DNA of 63,670 nucleotides, filler included, from Stramenopiles sp. TOSAG23-2 (lineage: Eukaryota), in assembly GCA_900128395.1 (NCBI GenBank). It is 22 parts of 22 records of this genome, joined end to end, with 100 filler letters (N's around TTAATTAATTAA, not from the genome) between each part and the next. Parts side by side here need not be neighbours in the genome. Positions count along the whole stretch, not along the records: positions 22,204 to 23,580 come from LT653043.1; positions 23,681 to 25,057 come from LT653044.1; positions 25,158 to 32,811 come from LT650293.1; positions 32,912 to 40,549 come from LT650294.1; 18 more parts are not named here. One strand, written 5' to 3'. The notes under the pieces were generated by a model. The model had not been told where the DNA came from. It ran no database searches and saw nothing but the letters and a program-made list of their open reading frames with translations. This document shows positions 23,477 to 34,146 of this stretch, piece after piece; within the stretch, counting starts at the first letter, position 1, and each line of letters opens with the position of its first letter. The position numbers and the translations under genes are program-made.

Positions 23477-23721
23477 GACCGTTTTTCTGAGAGAGGACTT
23501 CCAGTTGTCAAATAAATATTTATAGTACTAATAAGTACAAATTACACATATTTTACTATCAAACCTCGTGCATTATAATTNNNNNNNNNNNNNNNNNNNN
23601 NNNNNNNNNNNNNNNNNNNNNNNNTTAATTAATTAANNNNNNNNNNNNNNNNNNNNNNNNNNNNNNNNNNNNNNNNNNNNACGACAGTAAATCCACAATA
23701 ACAACAACCATCATTCACAAA

Positions 23722-24633
23722 ATGAATGCATTCATATATCATGAAAAACAAGTAGCAAGTCTGTGTGGACAACATTGTTTAAATAATCTTTTACAAGGTC
23801 CATATTTTACATCTTTTAATTTGGCAGATATTGCAAACGAGCTAGACACACAAGAACGTGCACTTCGTGTTGGTGATACAACCGCTTTTGAAAGTGTAAA
23901 CGTCGATGATAGCGGCAATTTTTCATTAACAGTTTTAGCAGAGACGATACGTCGTTCTCATTCATTAGAGTTGAAAAGGGTTGTACCGAATTCTCCTATA
24001 TTTCAAAATCCTCAAGATAGTAAAGGTTTTGTATTAAATTTAGCTTCTCATTGGTTTTCTATACGGCCTTTAAAACGGCAAGACAACGGCGAGGTCATAT
24101 GGTTCAATTTAAACTCAGTGAATGCAAAACCGGAAAAAATTGGTATGTTTTATTTGTCTGCCTTTTTAGATCAAATGCAATCTAGTGGATATAGTATATT
24201 TGAAGTGATTGGCAATTTACCATCTCAACCAAGGGACACATCTATGGGAAAATTTGAACACTGGCATTCTTTTGACAATAATAGTAAAAAAAGAAAAAAC
24301 TCTGCACTTTCAGTTGAGGATCAACTATTACAAGCAGCATTAGAAGCATCCATGCAAACTGATAATGGAAATGTTGTTGGCAATACATTAGGAGGTGGTG
24401 ATAATGCAAATAAAAAACAATCTCCAGAAGATATTAGAGCTGCGAGGCTAAAGCGATTTGGTGGTGGTGGTATGGGGACATCAAGTAATAATAATAATAG
24501 TAATGCAGAAACAATGATGGCAGCAAATATGGTATTCGATGATGATGGTTTAACAGAGGAAGATAGATTGAATTTAGCAATTGCAGTATCCATGTCTAAG
24601 CAAGATTCTTCTGGAATGTCAACAAATATTTAA
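23722..24633 (+). CDS. ATXN3: Ataxin-3-like Josephin deubiquitinase
   Basis: IYHEKQ..LCGQHCLNNLLQG (catalytic Cys), NVDDSGNFS, HWF, NLNS triad. UIMs EDQLLQAALEASM and EEDRLNLAIAVSM; VCP-binding-like EDIRAARLKRF. Confidence 0.95.
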   Translation: MNAFIYHEKQVASLCGQHCLNNLLQGPYFTSFNLADIANELDTQERALRVGDTTAFESVNVDDSGNFSLTVLAETIRRSHSLELKRVVPNSPIFQNPQDSKGFVLNLASHWFSIRPLKRQDNGEVIWFNLNSVNAKPEKIGMFYLSAFLDQMQSSGYSIFEVIGNLPSQPRDTSMGKFEHWHSFDNNSKKRKNSALSVEDQLLQAALEASMQTDNGNVVGNTLGGGDNANKKQSPEDIRAARLKRFGGGGMGTSSNNNNSNAETMMAANMVFDDDGLTEEDRLNLAIAVSMSKQDSSGMSTNI

Positions 24634-24733
24634 ATTTATGACAACAGAGGAAGATAGATTGAATTTAGCAATTGCAGTATCCATGTCTAAGCAAGATTCT
24701 TCTGGAATGTCAACAAATATTTAAATTTATGAC
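24552..24733. repeat. 91-bp tandem duplication spanning the ATXN3 stop
   Basis: AACAGAGGAAGATAG...TAAATTTATGAC starts at 24552 and again at 24643. Confidence 0.95.
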
Positions 24734-25566
24734 ATTATATAATATATATTTACACGAGTAATTCGTATGTTTTATCTTACCTACTCTCTCTTCAGTATGA
24801 TACGAAGCTCGTATCATATATATATAAATGTAAACGTATACGTGTAGAGATATACAAACCGCGATTATTAAAACTTGAGCTTATAATAATCGTTTTGCTT
24901 TAAAATGTGCATTTGGTGAATCGTATAATGATTTGTACCCTGGTACAATTTATTCTCCGCCTTCCTATGATGCCCATTTTCCATCAGCTATTATGAGTAG
25001 TTGATACTATCTATTTACCTTCATTGGTATTTTCGATTATGAGAATATCAACACACTNNNNNNNNNNNNNNNNNNNNNNNNNNNNNNNNNNNNNNNNNNN
25101 NTTAATTAATTAANNNNNNNNNNNNNNNNNNNNNNNNNNNNNNNNNNNNNNNNNNNNGTATACGAGTATATTATGATATGCATAGAACATTATGAAAGCA
25201 AAAAAAAGGCATTGTGTACTTCATATCATATGCATACTAAAAAAACCAAACGGTAGGTGTGTGTGTTTGTGAAAAATACCGAGGAGAAGGAGTTAAAAAT
25301 GTACAATTATTAAATATATATCACATACGAATGTATTTTATTCAAAAAAGAAATGTACTCCGTACATCTCATATATTATTTTAATACTCGTAATAAAAAT
25401 ACGAAAAGAGTATTTTCGTACGAGCGCGTATTATTTTTTATTATTTTTTATTTTTATATAAATATAAAATTAACTAATATAATTTATATATATATATTAT
25501 ATATATATATATATTTATATATAATATATGAGTAAGAGAACGTTTTATATATTATGTGTATATTAT

Positions 25567-25602
25567 GTGTAAAAATATTATAACTTAGATTTTAACCATC
25601 AT
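25567..25602. repeat. Dispersed element copy (core at 25583-25602)
   Basis: GTGTAAAAATATTATAACTTAGATTTTAACCATCAT is identical to 5953-5988. Confidence 0.9.
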
Positions 25603-25725
25603 ATATATTATGTGTAATAAAAAATCAAAAATTTTTTAAAAAAGGAGCAAAAATACTAAAAAATATATTACGCCCATCATTGTGTACGACGTACAGAATA
25701 ATCATTTCAAAATATATCTGTCATT

Positions 25726-27651
25726 TTACGAATACATCATGGCATCATCTAAACTATCATCCTCAAAATCGTAACCAGAATAAGAATATTGAAATGGCGC
25801 TTCTACACTTTTTTCTGCTTCGCAACAACAACAGCAAAAGGAAGAGCAAATCCCACCACCACCATTACCAAAACCACAACATAAACATAAACCACAAAAG
25901 CCAGCAACTCCTAATAAGGAAACAAAGACCAAAAAAAATGAATCATAATGACGCTCAACGACATCATCTGTATCTGCAATTGCACTTTTAACTTTTTTCC
26001 ACCATCCGCGACCTTTAATTTTCCCATCATGATTATTATCACTCACCACGTCATTGCAGCGACTACAATGCAGCGGGCAAACTTGCCATACTTTAAACAA
26101 CCCTTGCGCGTGTTTTGTAGTTGTTTGAGGCAATTTATTACCCAACTGTTTCAAAAAGATTGGTGCCAAGCGTATTTCTTCCGTACATGGTAATGATGCA
26201 AGCCATTTTAAACATCGTACAGGCAAAAAGTCTAAACATTTACTATTACTAGATAAACTCTTTGGTTGCCGCAATTTTGTTTCAACACCATTGCTGTGCC
26301 TGACAATGGTTCCTTTTGGATGTGGCGACATTCTAATTTTAGCATTTTTTGGTATATGATAGGAGGAAAACTTTAAATTATCCTCTAAAAGTTCCCCATT
26401 ATATTTCAATGGACCTGGATCATACTCATATCCACCATTTGTCTCTGCTAATTCTGTAGCTTTTAAAGCAACGTCACCTACTGTATCGGATGGTGCAATA
26501 TCAACATTTACTGTCGTTGGACCTATTTCAACATTGACAGAAGATGAAGATTTCATGACGTTTGACGTTGATGTTGGTAATGCAGGAGGTGGGGGTGGAG
26601 GTGCTGGTTGTTCTCTACCCGACGAAAACTCATCTACACTTCCTGGAATACCTTGAGGTAATCTTATCATGCCTCCACCACCATCACCACCAATATTATT
26701 ATTATTCTTCTCATCATCTGGATCAATTTGCTCTATATGTTCACTACTCACGTCAGCATGGACTGGACCAACTCTTCGTGATTTAGTATTGTCATTATTA
26801 TTATTATTATTATTATATTTACTACTGCTTTCCATTTCCTTTCTTTGATTCTGGGAATGACTTATAGTAGGTTCTGGAGGTATGGGTGGCGAATCACCAC
26901 CAAAATCTATAGGCGAAGCAACAGAACTCATATCTTTCAATATAGTTGGTGATAGCAATTGGCTCATAAACGATTTGGGTAAAGAAGATTTGACTTCCTG
27001 GCTCAACACACTATCACTTTTTTTATGGAGTGCATCCACCATGTGATCTTCCTCACTTAATGCGGCATTTAACTTGTTTTCCCATGAATTATCTACTTTA
27101 CTACCATAACCACCACCGTCGTTATTGTTGATGTTGTTATTATCATTATTATTACTATTATTATTTTCTACTTCATCTTTAAATTTCTTTTCCTCACCTG
27201 TCACTGGAATAGACATCCCTTTGTCACCGATGTTACTACCATCGGTTGAAGCACCAAAAACACGTGATTTCTCTGCAGCATCTATCTTTGGAGTTCTCAA
27301 TGAAATATGCTTGCTTTTATCACTGCTTTTACTCCTAGCAATATCTTCTTTATTATCATTATCTGTTTTTTTTACAGGCTCTATTGGTGACTTGATTGTT
27401 TCAGCAGTTTTACTTGTTGTTGTTTTTGTTTTATCACCCGCATTTGGAGTACCATGTCGACGACCATGAGAGTGTTTATGTACACTTGGTGAATCAATCC
27501 GGTCCAAATGTTTTGGTAGATCAATCTGATGCAAATGGTGTTTTGATGGTTTATTTGACGGTACGTTTTTTCCATTGTTGCTGGCTGGTTTACCATATAC
27601 ATTAATATGTAAAAAAATAATAACAAATATTATCACCTGAAGAATATTCAT
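25726..27651 (-). CDS. Type I membrane protein: signal peptide, disordered region, ubiquitin-like domain, ShKT-like domain, TM, Cys-rich tail
   Basis: Signal MNILQVIIFVIIFLHINVYG. UBL-like TVNVDIAPSDTVGDV...LKYNGELLEDNLKFSSYHI. ShKT-like CLD...C..W....C...VCPLHCSRC. TM SFFLVFVSLLGVAGFCGLCLCC. Confidence 0.8.
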   Translation of the reverse strand: MNILQVIIFVIIFLHINVYGKPASNNGKNVPSNKPSKHHLHQIDLPKHLDRIDSPSVHKHSHGRRHGTPNAGDKTKTTTSKTAETIKSPIEPVKKTDNDNKEDIARSKSSDKSKHISLRTPKIDAAEKSRVFGASTDGSNIGDKGMSIPVTGEEKKFKDEVENNNSNNNDNNNINNNDGGGYGSKVDNSWENKLNAALSEEDHMVDALHKKSDSVLSQEVKSSLPKSFMSQLLSPTILKDMSSVASPIDFGGDSPPIPPEPTISHSQNQRKEMESSSKYNNNNNNNDNTKSRRVGPVHADVSSEHIEQIDPDDEKNNNNIGGDGGGGMIRLPQGIPGSVDEFSSGREQPAPPPPPPALPTSTSNVMKSSSSVNVEIGPTTVNVDIAPSDTVGDVALKATELAETNGGYEYDPGPLKYNGELLEDNLKFSSYHIPKNAKIRMSPHPKGTIVRHSNGVETKLRQPKSLSSNSKCLDFLPVRCLKWLASLPCTEEIRLAPIFLKQLGNKLPQTTTKHAQGLFKVWQVCPLHCSRCNDVVSDNNHDGKIKGRGWWKKVKSAIADTDDVVERHYDSFFLVFVSLLGVAGFCGLCLCCGFGNGGGGICSSFCCCCCEAEKSVEAPFQYSYSGYDFEDDSLDDAMMYS

Positions 27652-27881
27652 TATTGTAGCAACAAGAGATGCCTTGCCACCTACTATTTATTTCAAACAC
27701 TATCTATAGATAATATATACGTTTATGATGATATTATATATGTATCCTTTTTTTGTTCTTGTATATCTTGTTATTATGATATCTGAGAATATGGCATACC
27801 AGATATAGATATTGATATCAAGTCATAGTATATAAATAACAACCAAACCGAAGGTATCGCTGCAATAGATAAAGTACAGCT

Positions 27882-29390
27882 ATGTTTTTCACGCCAAGCA
27901 ACTCCTCAAAATCAATAAAAAAGGAAAAGAGGAAGAAAAATGATATTGTATATGTTAATATGCTTGCAGAGATCAACGATAATTTAGAACAGGTTTATGG
28001 TTTATTAGAGTCACCAATACTACGAAAACTAAGACAGGGCATTGATGATAATGATAATAAAGTCGTGGATGAATATAATAGTGACGATGACGATGATGTG
28101 GAAGATGTAAACAAAATAAGAGAAGAAAATCTATCAAATGTAAATTTTAACAGTACCAGCGAAGTAACAAAAATATTGAATAATCGTTTACATAATATAG
28201 AGAATATTTTACTATTAAACAGTAAATCAGTCGAAAATAAGAGCAATACTAGTAAAGACATCAATACATTATTAAAAACCCAAAAAGAATATTTCGACGA
28301 AGCCATGAGAAAAATGTCTTCCTTAGAAATGTTACTGCCTAATATTCAATTGGAGAGTACCAAATTTGTGAACATTGAATCTAAAATTTTTGCAACATAC
28401 AAAATTGTTGAAGCTATGCACTTATTAATTCAAGATAACTTAAAAATACAAGAAAAGTTATACGATTCAATTATTAACATGTCTAAAAATAATAGAAATA
28501 ATCAATCAGTCCTTGAACATCATGACGCGGATAATGCAATGGTGAAGAAATTTAATGAAGTGGAAGAAGTTGTTCATAGCATTAAGCAAATCATGGAAAA
28601 ATTGCATATGCTACATGAATCAAATTCGAAGAAACAAGAAAAAATATTATTGTTGCATGCCGAGAGCAATAGTAATTATAAAACTAATCACTTTGAAAAA
28701 ATTGTAAATTTAGAAAATAAATTTGACACATTGAATGTCGATACAAGAAATAACAATGTTAAATTTCATAATAGATTCAATGATTTAGAAAACAAACTTT
28801 TAGATGCAATACATGTAATACAGAAGGGACAAAAAGCTGATTCATCGGAAAAAGTATCATCAAGCAAACACAGTGAAAGTAAATCAGAATTTATTTACAA
28901 CGACAACAATAGTAATAATAATAATTGTAATAAAGTCATGCTAAGCGAACTACACGAGCGTTTCAACTCAATAGAGAAAATGATCTCATTCACAGAAGAT
29001 ACATCAAACAATTTTACAAATAAGAGCAGCAATGCTGGTAATGGTGCTGATAATGGCAATGTACATCGTTTGAAGTTAGCGACTAAAATACACGAGCGTT
29101 TCGATGCTATTGAAAAGATAATATTATCATTATCTGGAAATACCATCAGCAACCTCAATCAGAATAATTCTACTTCTGACAAGGCCTTGGAGGATATACG
29201 AAATATTATTGAAAAAAACTTCGAGAAAAATGCAGACACTATATCAAGATTAGAACAAGTGCAAAATCAAAACTCAAGCAAATTCAATTGGTTCTTATTT
29301 ATACAAACAATTTTATTTATATCATACTTCAGTTCCTTTTGGTTACATAGTTTGCAGGTTGGAATACATGATTACTCTCGGAGTTTATAA
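27882..29390 (+). CDS. Coiled-coil protein with internal (L/I)HERF repeats; 3' end probably misassembled
   Basis: 502-aa ORF with heptad pattern and FHNRFNDLE, LHERFNSIE and IHERFDAIE repeats. About 29283-29413 appears inverted. Confidence 0.75.
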   Translation: MFFTPSNSSKSIKKEKRKKNDIVYVNMLAEINDNLEQVYGLLESPILRKLRQGIDDNDNKVVDEYNSDDDDDVEDVNKIREENLSNVNFNSTSEVTKILNNRLHNIENILLLNSKSVENKSNTSKDINTLLKTQKEYFDEAMRKMSSLEMLLPNIQLESTKFVNIESKIFATYKIVEAMHLLIQDNLKIQEKLYDSIINMSKNNRNNQSVLEHHDADNAMVKKFNEVEEVVHSIKQIMEKLHMLHESNSKKQEKILLLHAESNSNYKTNHFEKIVNLENKFDTLNVDTRNNNVKFHNRFNDLENKLLDAIHVIQKGQKADSSEKVSSSKHSESKSEFIYNDNNSNNNNCNKVMLSELHERFNSIEKMISFTEDTSNNFTNKSSNAGNGADNGNVHRLKLATKIHERFDAIEKIILSLSGNTISNLNQNNSTSDKALEDIRNIIEKNFEKNADTISRLEQVQNQNSSKFNWFLFIQTILFISYFSSFWLHSLQVGIHDYSRSL

Positions 29391-29605
29391 GCTCGTGTAG
29401 TTCGCTTAGCATGAATTTATTTACAACGACAACAATAGTAATAATAATAATTGTAATAAAGTCATGCTAAGCGAACTACACGAGCGTTTCAACTCAATAG
29501 AGAAAATGATCTCATTCACAGAAGATACATCAAACAATATATTAATGCATAATACCACCGTATTACACAAGTACACACACTCAACTTTTCAAAATTGTTC
29601 TATTC

Positions 29606-31084
29606 TCAATAATCGTCGTCATCATCATCATCATCATCATCAGAATCTTCAATTACAATGACTCTATGATTTTTTTTTCTTCGTTTATTTGAATTGTTAT
29701 TGCCCCCTCCATCAGTTGTACTTCCATCATAAGTAGATCGTTTTCTGCTTCTCGAACTGCTGCTATTTCTAGTATATGATTCTTCTTCTTCGCTATCATC
29801 ATCTTCTTCTTCCTCGTAATCTGATGCATATTCAACCACGTCATCATCCACAACAAAACCATCCATATCATCATCATCATCTTCGTCTTCTTCATCATCA
29901 TTGGAGCCTCCACCTCCAATAACGTATCTCCCACGTTCACTGCTACTAATATCATCATCGCTAATGGCACGACCTCCGAAATAAAATGAATCGTCTGGCA
30001 TTATATTATCGTTTGATCTGATTTCAAAATTCAATCTCATTCCCATATTTACAATATATTGATCGTTTAACTTCCCATTTAAATTGATAGCTTCATTCAA
30101 ATTATTTGCAATTAATTCCTCCAGTTCTTGACCATTTATGTTATATTCTGATATATGAAGCATATATTGACCTGCTGGTAATATGCTATCAAAATTTATA
30201 TATGTTGAAATACCATGATTCATTTGAAATTCGACTTGCTGGATGACGATTGAATTATTCATTATGATTGTTGCATGAAAACTACCTGTAAAATTATGAT
30301 CCCTTAAATTTCTATCGCCAGCACTTCGTAATATTTTTGGAAATCCGCCATCGGTCACTTCGTCTTCCTCCATTATAAGAAGCGCTACTTGGAATCTTAA
30401 AGTGCTATTTACAAGTATTTGATTTGGAAATTGCGTAAATGCTAGTGACCACTGATGTGTTGGATGATTGTCTTCATCGATATCATTTCTAATAATTCTA
30501 GAAAGACTTCCATTACCTGTCACAAGTTCCTCGTCATTTACATATCTGCCACCATCATTAAAAAGATCATTTGTTACATGCAATGTACCGTTTCGTTCAG
30601 ATTCATGTTTTAATAACAGTGACTTTTGCTCTGTATATGCTTTATCTTTATCGTCTTCATCTTGCAACGCTTCATGTGGAAATTGTTCTTTAATCATATC
30701 CCATAAAATAACGTTCGTTTGAAATTCAGACGCTAGTATTTTCAATGGCTGTCGACACAGTGGACACTGACATTGTTTTGGATCATCAGCAGTGCCTTTG
30801 ACTCTTAAATTTACACTGAAAGTTATACAATGACGACAATATGTATGACCGCACAATAAAGTGACAGGTTTATGCATCAAACCTAAACAAATAGAGCATG
30901 AAAATACCTGGCGTTGTTTTTCTTTGACATCATCTTTTAGTTTTTGTTTTTCATTATTATTATTATTATTATTATTGTTGTTGTTATCATTATCAAGGAT
31001 AGTAGTTGTCGTTGTAGTTGTGGTAGTTACCGTTGAAGAATTTTGAGGATCTTCCTCCACATCAGTATTATGACTATTTGACAT
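29606..31084 (-). CDS. C3HC4 RING-finger protein (putative E3 ligase) with acidic C-terminus
   Basis: CSICLGLMHKPVTLLCGHTYCRHC...CPLCR; basic NLS-like KRRKK. Confidence 0.88.
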   Translation of the reverse strand: MSNSHNTDVEEDPQNSSTVTTTTTTTTTILDNDNNNNNNNNNNNEKQKLKDDVKEKQRQVFSCSICLGLMHKPVTLLCGHTYCRHCITFSVNLRVKGTADDPKQCQCPLCRQPLKILASEFQTNVILWDMIKEQFPHEALQDEDDKDKAYTEQKSLLLKHESERNGTLHVTNDLFNDGGRYVNDEELVTGNGSLSRIIRNDIDEDNHPTHQWSLAFTQFPNQILVNSTLRFQVALLIMEEDEVTDGGFPKILRSAGDRNLRDHNFTGSFHATIIMNNSIVIQQVEFQMNHGISTYINFDSILPAGQYMLHISEYNINGQELEELIANNLNEAINLNGKLNDQYIVNMGMRLNFEIRSNDNIMPDDSFYFGGRAISDDDISSSERGRYVIGGGGSNDDEEDEDDDDDMDGFVVDDDVVEYASDYEEEEDDDSEEEESYTRNSSSSRSRKRSTYDGSTTDGGGNNNSNKRRKKNHRVIVIEDSDDDDDDDDDDY

Positions 31085-31546
31085 GGTTTTACGTCTATTT
31101 TTTGGATCTCACATTACATGGAATGAATATAACGATATGTTAAACAACTACAACACACATATGATGTTTTATCTTGAAAATTGTTATTTTGTATTTATGA
31201 TATAGTGCTTCGATTTGAAATACAAGTAGAGGTGTAGAGATTTTTTTAGATCTACTACAATTTGTAATAGCATTAACATACAGTATATTTTTTAATATTG
31301 TACTGTACTACGAGGATACCACACAGGTAGTATAAGGAGAGGTCTTTCTTGCGATTACACAACACCACAGTATCAATATTTTGTCAGGATAACCACCATA
31401 AAATATTATTATACATAAATTCAATTTATTAGAGAGAACAGGTCTATATTCATCAAATTCATATGCTCAAGAAAAAATTTCAAATATAGATACAATAGTT
31501 TTAAAATTAAATATTTATACGTGCTTAAAACCAATACTTAAAAAAA

Positions 31547-32602
31547 ATGAAATTATTTGTAGCTATACTTTTTTTGAATACATTCTGTATAATATTTGCT
31601 GCAGATAGAAAATGGCAAGCCATCACGCCTGGGGGTAATACAATTTGTTCAAAAGGTGGATCTTTTTCTTTTTTTTACCGACCTGGTGCAGAAGGCAATA
31701 ACAATTTAGTTATTGAATACGAAGGGGGTGGTGCATGTTGGGATGATTTTTCTTGTTCTATTGGTTCATTTAAAAGCACTGTGAATGTGAAAGAAGAATT
31801 AGAGACTTTGTCTCAAGCTGGTAATGGTATTCATGACCAAAATGATGAAAGAAATGCATTTAAGGATTTCAATCACTTATTTATTCCATATTGCAGTGCT
31901 GATGCACATGGTGGCAATAAAACGACGAAATATAATGACTTTATAACATTGCACCATCGAGGAAGAGTCAATTCGCTCACTGCATTGAATTGGGTGTTTA
32001 AGAAAATGTCGGATCCAAGCGTAGTTGGTATAGTTGGCTGCAGTGCTGGCAGTTTGGGTGCAATTGTAAATGCACCTTACGTTATGAGCCATTATACAAA
32101 CGCTAAGGATATGTTTTACTTTGGTGATTCATACGTGGGGGTTTTGGCAAAACCTCAATTTATCGATGGATTTAATAACTGGGACTTAGAATTCAGCAAC
32201 AGTGTCCCTGCATTGAGTAAGGCAAATCTTGAAAAAATTTGCAATGATACCACCATTACGAATCCTGGTATCAATATTTTTAGAGCGACAGCAACACAAT
32301 TCGATCAGTTTAGATTTGCTTCTTATACATCAAATGATGATGTTGTACAACGTTCATTTTACAAACTCGGTGGTGGAACAGGACTTTGGACGACTAATAT
32401 GAGAAGTTTAGTAACGACATTGCATAAGGACGTGAAATTATATGGTAGCTACATAGCTGGTGGCAGCCATCATTGCCGTTCTCAATCCCCAGATTATTAT
32501 ATAGTAACTAGTGGGAAAAATAATGTGAAATTATATGAATGGGTGAAGCAAGTTAGTAATACTGTAGAAAATGATGCAGTAGATTGTGAACCAAATTGTT
32601 AA
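31547..32602 (+). CDS. Secreted pectin acetylesterase / Notum-family alpha/beta hydrolase
   Basis: Signal peptide; CSKG..F.F, EGGGACW, IPYCSADAHGG, nucleophile GCSAG, DSY and HC motifs. Confidence 0.9.
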   Translation: MKLFVAILFLNTFCIIFAADRKWQAITPGGNTICSKGGSFSFFYRPGAEGNNNLVIEYEGGGACWDDFSCSIGSFKSTVNVKEELETLSQAGNGIHDQNDERNAFKDFNHLFIPYCSADAHGGNKTTKYNDFITLHHRGRVNSLTALNWVFKKMSDPSVVGIVGCSAGSLGAIVNAPYVMSHYTNAKDMFYFGDSYVGVLAKPQFIDGFNNWDLEFSNSVPALSKANLEKICNDTTITNPGINIFRATATQFDQFRFASYTSNDDVVQRSFYKLGGGTGLWTTNMRSLVTTLHKDVKLYGSYIAGGSHHCRSQSPDYYIVTSGKNNVKLYEWVKQVSNTVENDAVDCEPNC

Positions 32603-32660
32603 AAAAGAAGCGCACGTTTTTAAAAGAGAGCAGAGTGTGACTAGAAATTATATATAGTTA

Positions 32661-32811
32661 ATGATGGTTAAAATCTAAGTTATATATATATATATTTTTT
32701 TAAAATTAAATAAGAGCTTTACTAATAGTAAGGATTGAGTATTTCATTAATATTTTTAAGACATTATAGAGTATTTGATGAGCATGGTACGAAGTATTTA
32801 CCACGGGAAGT
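32661..32811. mobile_element. Putative MITE: left terminal repeat plus internal sequence, truncated at scaffold end
   Basis: ATGATGGTTAAAATCTAAGT at 32661-32680, then CTTTACTAATAG, GATTGAGTATTT and CACGGGAAGT, which precede the opposite-orientation core at 62195 (and, as CACGAGAAGT, at 5969). Confidence 0.55.
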
Positions 32812-32937
32812 NNNNNNNNNNNNNNNNNNNNNNNNNNNNNNNNNNNNNNNNNNNNTTAATTAATTAANNNNNNNNNNNNNNNNNNNNNNNNNNNNNNNNN
32901 NNNNNNNNNNNACCCAATTCTCCTATTTTTTTTTTTC

Positions 32938-34146
32938 GTGGAAAGAAAACGTATACAGCAGGAAGAAAAGGCACGACGTTTAGAAACAATGAAATTGATG
33001 AAAAAAAAACAAGGTGGAAATAAGCGTAAAATTGCATATCAATCTGATACTACAGGGACAATGATGATGGAAAGCAATAATAAAAGAAGCAAAATGATGA
33101 TGATGATGTTAAATAACAACAACAACAACAATGGTAATGGATCTTCTTCTTCTTCAAGTGCATTGAAGGGGTTACAACCAATTGAATCCAATCTAAATCA
33201 AGTGGAAAAAAATTTGTTATTGGAGCAACAACGAAAAAAGAATTTAATGATGTTAATGAATTTTACTGGTAGAAAAGTAAATCGAAAAATCTTGCAACAA
33301 GAAACTGCAGATTTTGCTAAAATTTTGAAGAAGAAAATAAAGACTAAATCAATTAATGCTAAAGTAGCAAAAGAATCTGCAATAGAATCTGCAAAAGCAA
33401 ACCATCTAGTTGAAGAACGTCAAAAACATGAAAATGAAATTGAAAGGTTAAAATTAATGTTTATCCAGGAACGACTTAGATTGATAAGGATCAATAAAGG
33501 ATTAAAACGATCAATAAAATTAGCAGAGTCGGAGCATAGAAGTAGATTGTTTGAGATCAAAAAGGCAGCCGATGTAAAGATAGAGGCAGCGAAAGCGGCG
33601 AGGGAAGAGGAGGAAAATACAAATTGGAAAGATTATTCAATTTCTTATCCTGACGAGGGTATCAAAGAATTTAATGTTGATGAAAGCACGCTTCTTGAAA
33701 CGAATATTGCTGAACCATATCCATATCCAAAAACATCAATTACGAAATTGGCCGGCGAAAGTCAAAATCATTTGTTAGTATCATGGTCATTTATGTCACA
33801 ATTTGGCGATATAATGGGCTTCTTTCCACGAAAAAAAAAAATAGTAGAATCGGATAGTGAGGAAGAGAACGAAGAAGAGGGAAAAGGAGGGGGTAAAGGA
33901 CCGGAAGATGTAGTCAATGTACAACAAGCAAATAATGATAACAATAGCGATAATAATAATAATAATAGCAGTAGCAACAACGATAATAATAGCAATAGCA
34001 ATAATAGTAATGAGATATCACGAGCAGGCTTAAGAACAAGCAGTAGAAATAGAAAGCAAAGAATATTAGGAGAAAATGGAAAACCAAACACACCACGATC
34101 CAAGAAACGTAATAAAAAATCTAATAAAAATCGGCGCCACTCCTAA
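32938..34146 (+). CDS. N-terminal fragment of the DDT-domain chromatin protein whose remainder is on the minus strand
   Basis: HLLVSWSFMSQFGDIMG (~33769-33820) is the first DDT helix (L..W.F...FG.) and is followed by a low-complexity loop. Confidence 0.7.
   Translation: MERKRIQQEEKARRLETMKLMKKKQGGNKRKIAYQSDTTGTMMMESNNKRSKMMMMMLNNNNNNNGNGSSSSSSALKGLQPIESNLNQVEKNLLLEQQRKKNLMMLMNFTGRKVNRKILQQETADFAKILKKKIKTKSINAKVAKESAIESAKANHLVEERQKHENEIERLKLMFIQERLRLIRINKGLKRSIKLAESEHRSRLFEIKKAADVKIEAAKAAREEEENTNWKDYSISYPDEGIKEFNVDESTLLETNIAEPYPYPKTSITKLAGESQNHLLVSWSFMSQFGDIMGFFPRKKKIVESDSEEENEEEGKGGGKGPEDVVNVQQANNDNNSDNNNNNSSSNNDNNSNSNNSNEISRAGLRTSSRNRKQRILGENGKPNTPRSKKRNKKSNKNRRHS

Noticed and set aside
19460-24633. 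Apparent cluster of RNA-modification and ubiquitin genes (OSGEP, METTL5, ATXN3)
   Set aside because: Each gene is on a separate scaffold, so the adjacency is artificial.
24280-24633. Ataxin-3 lacking polyQ and carrying a short poly-Asn run
   Set aside because: Poly-Asn is genome-wide here and polyQ is not expected outside some animals.
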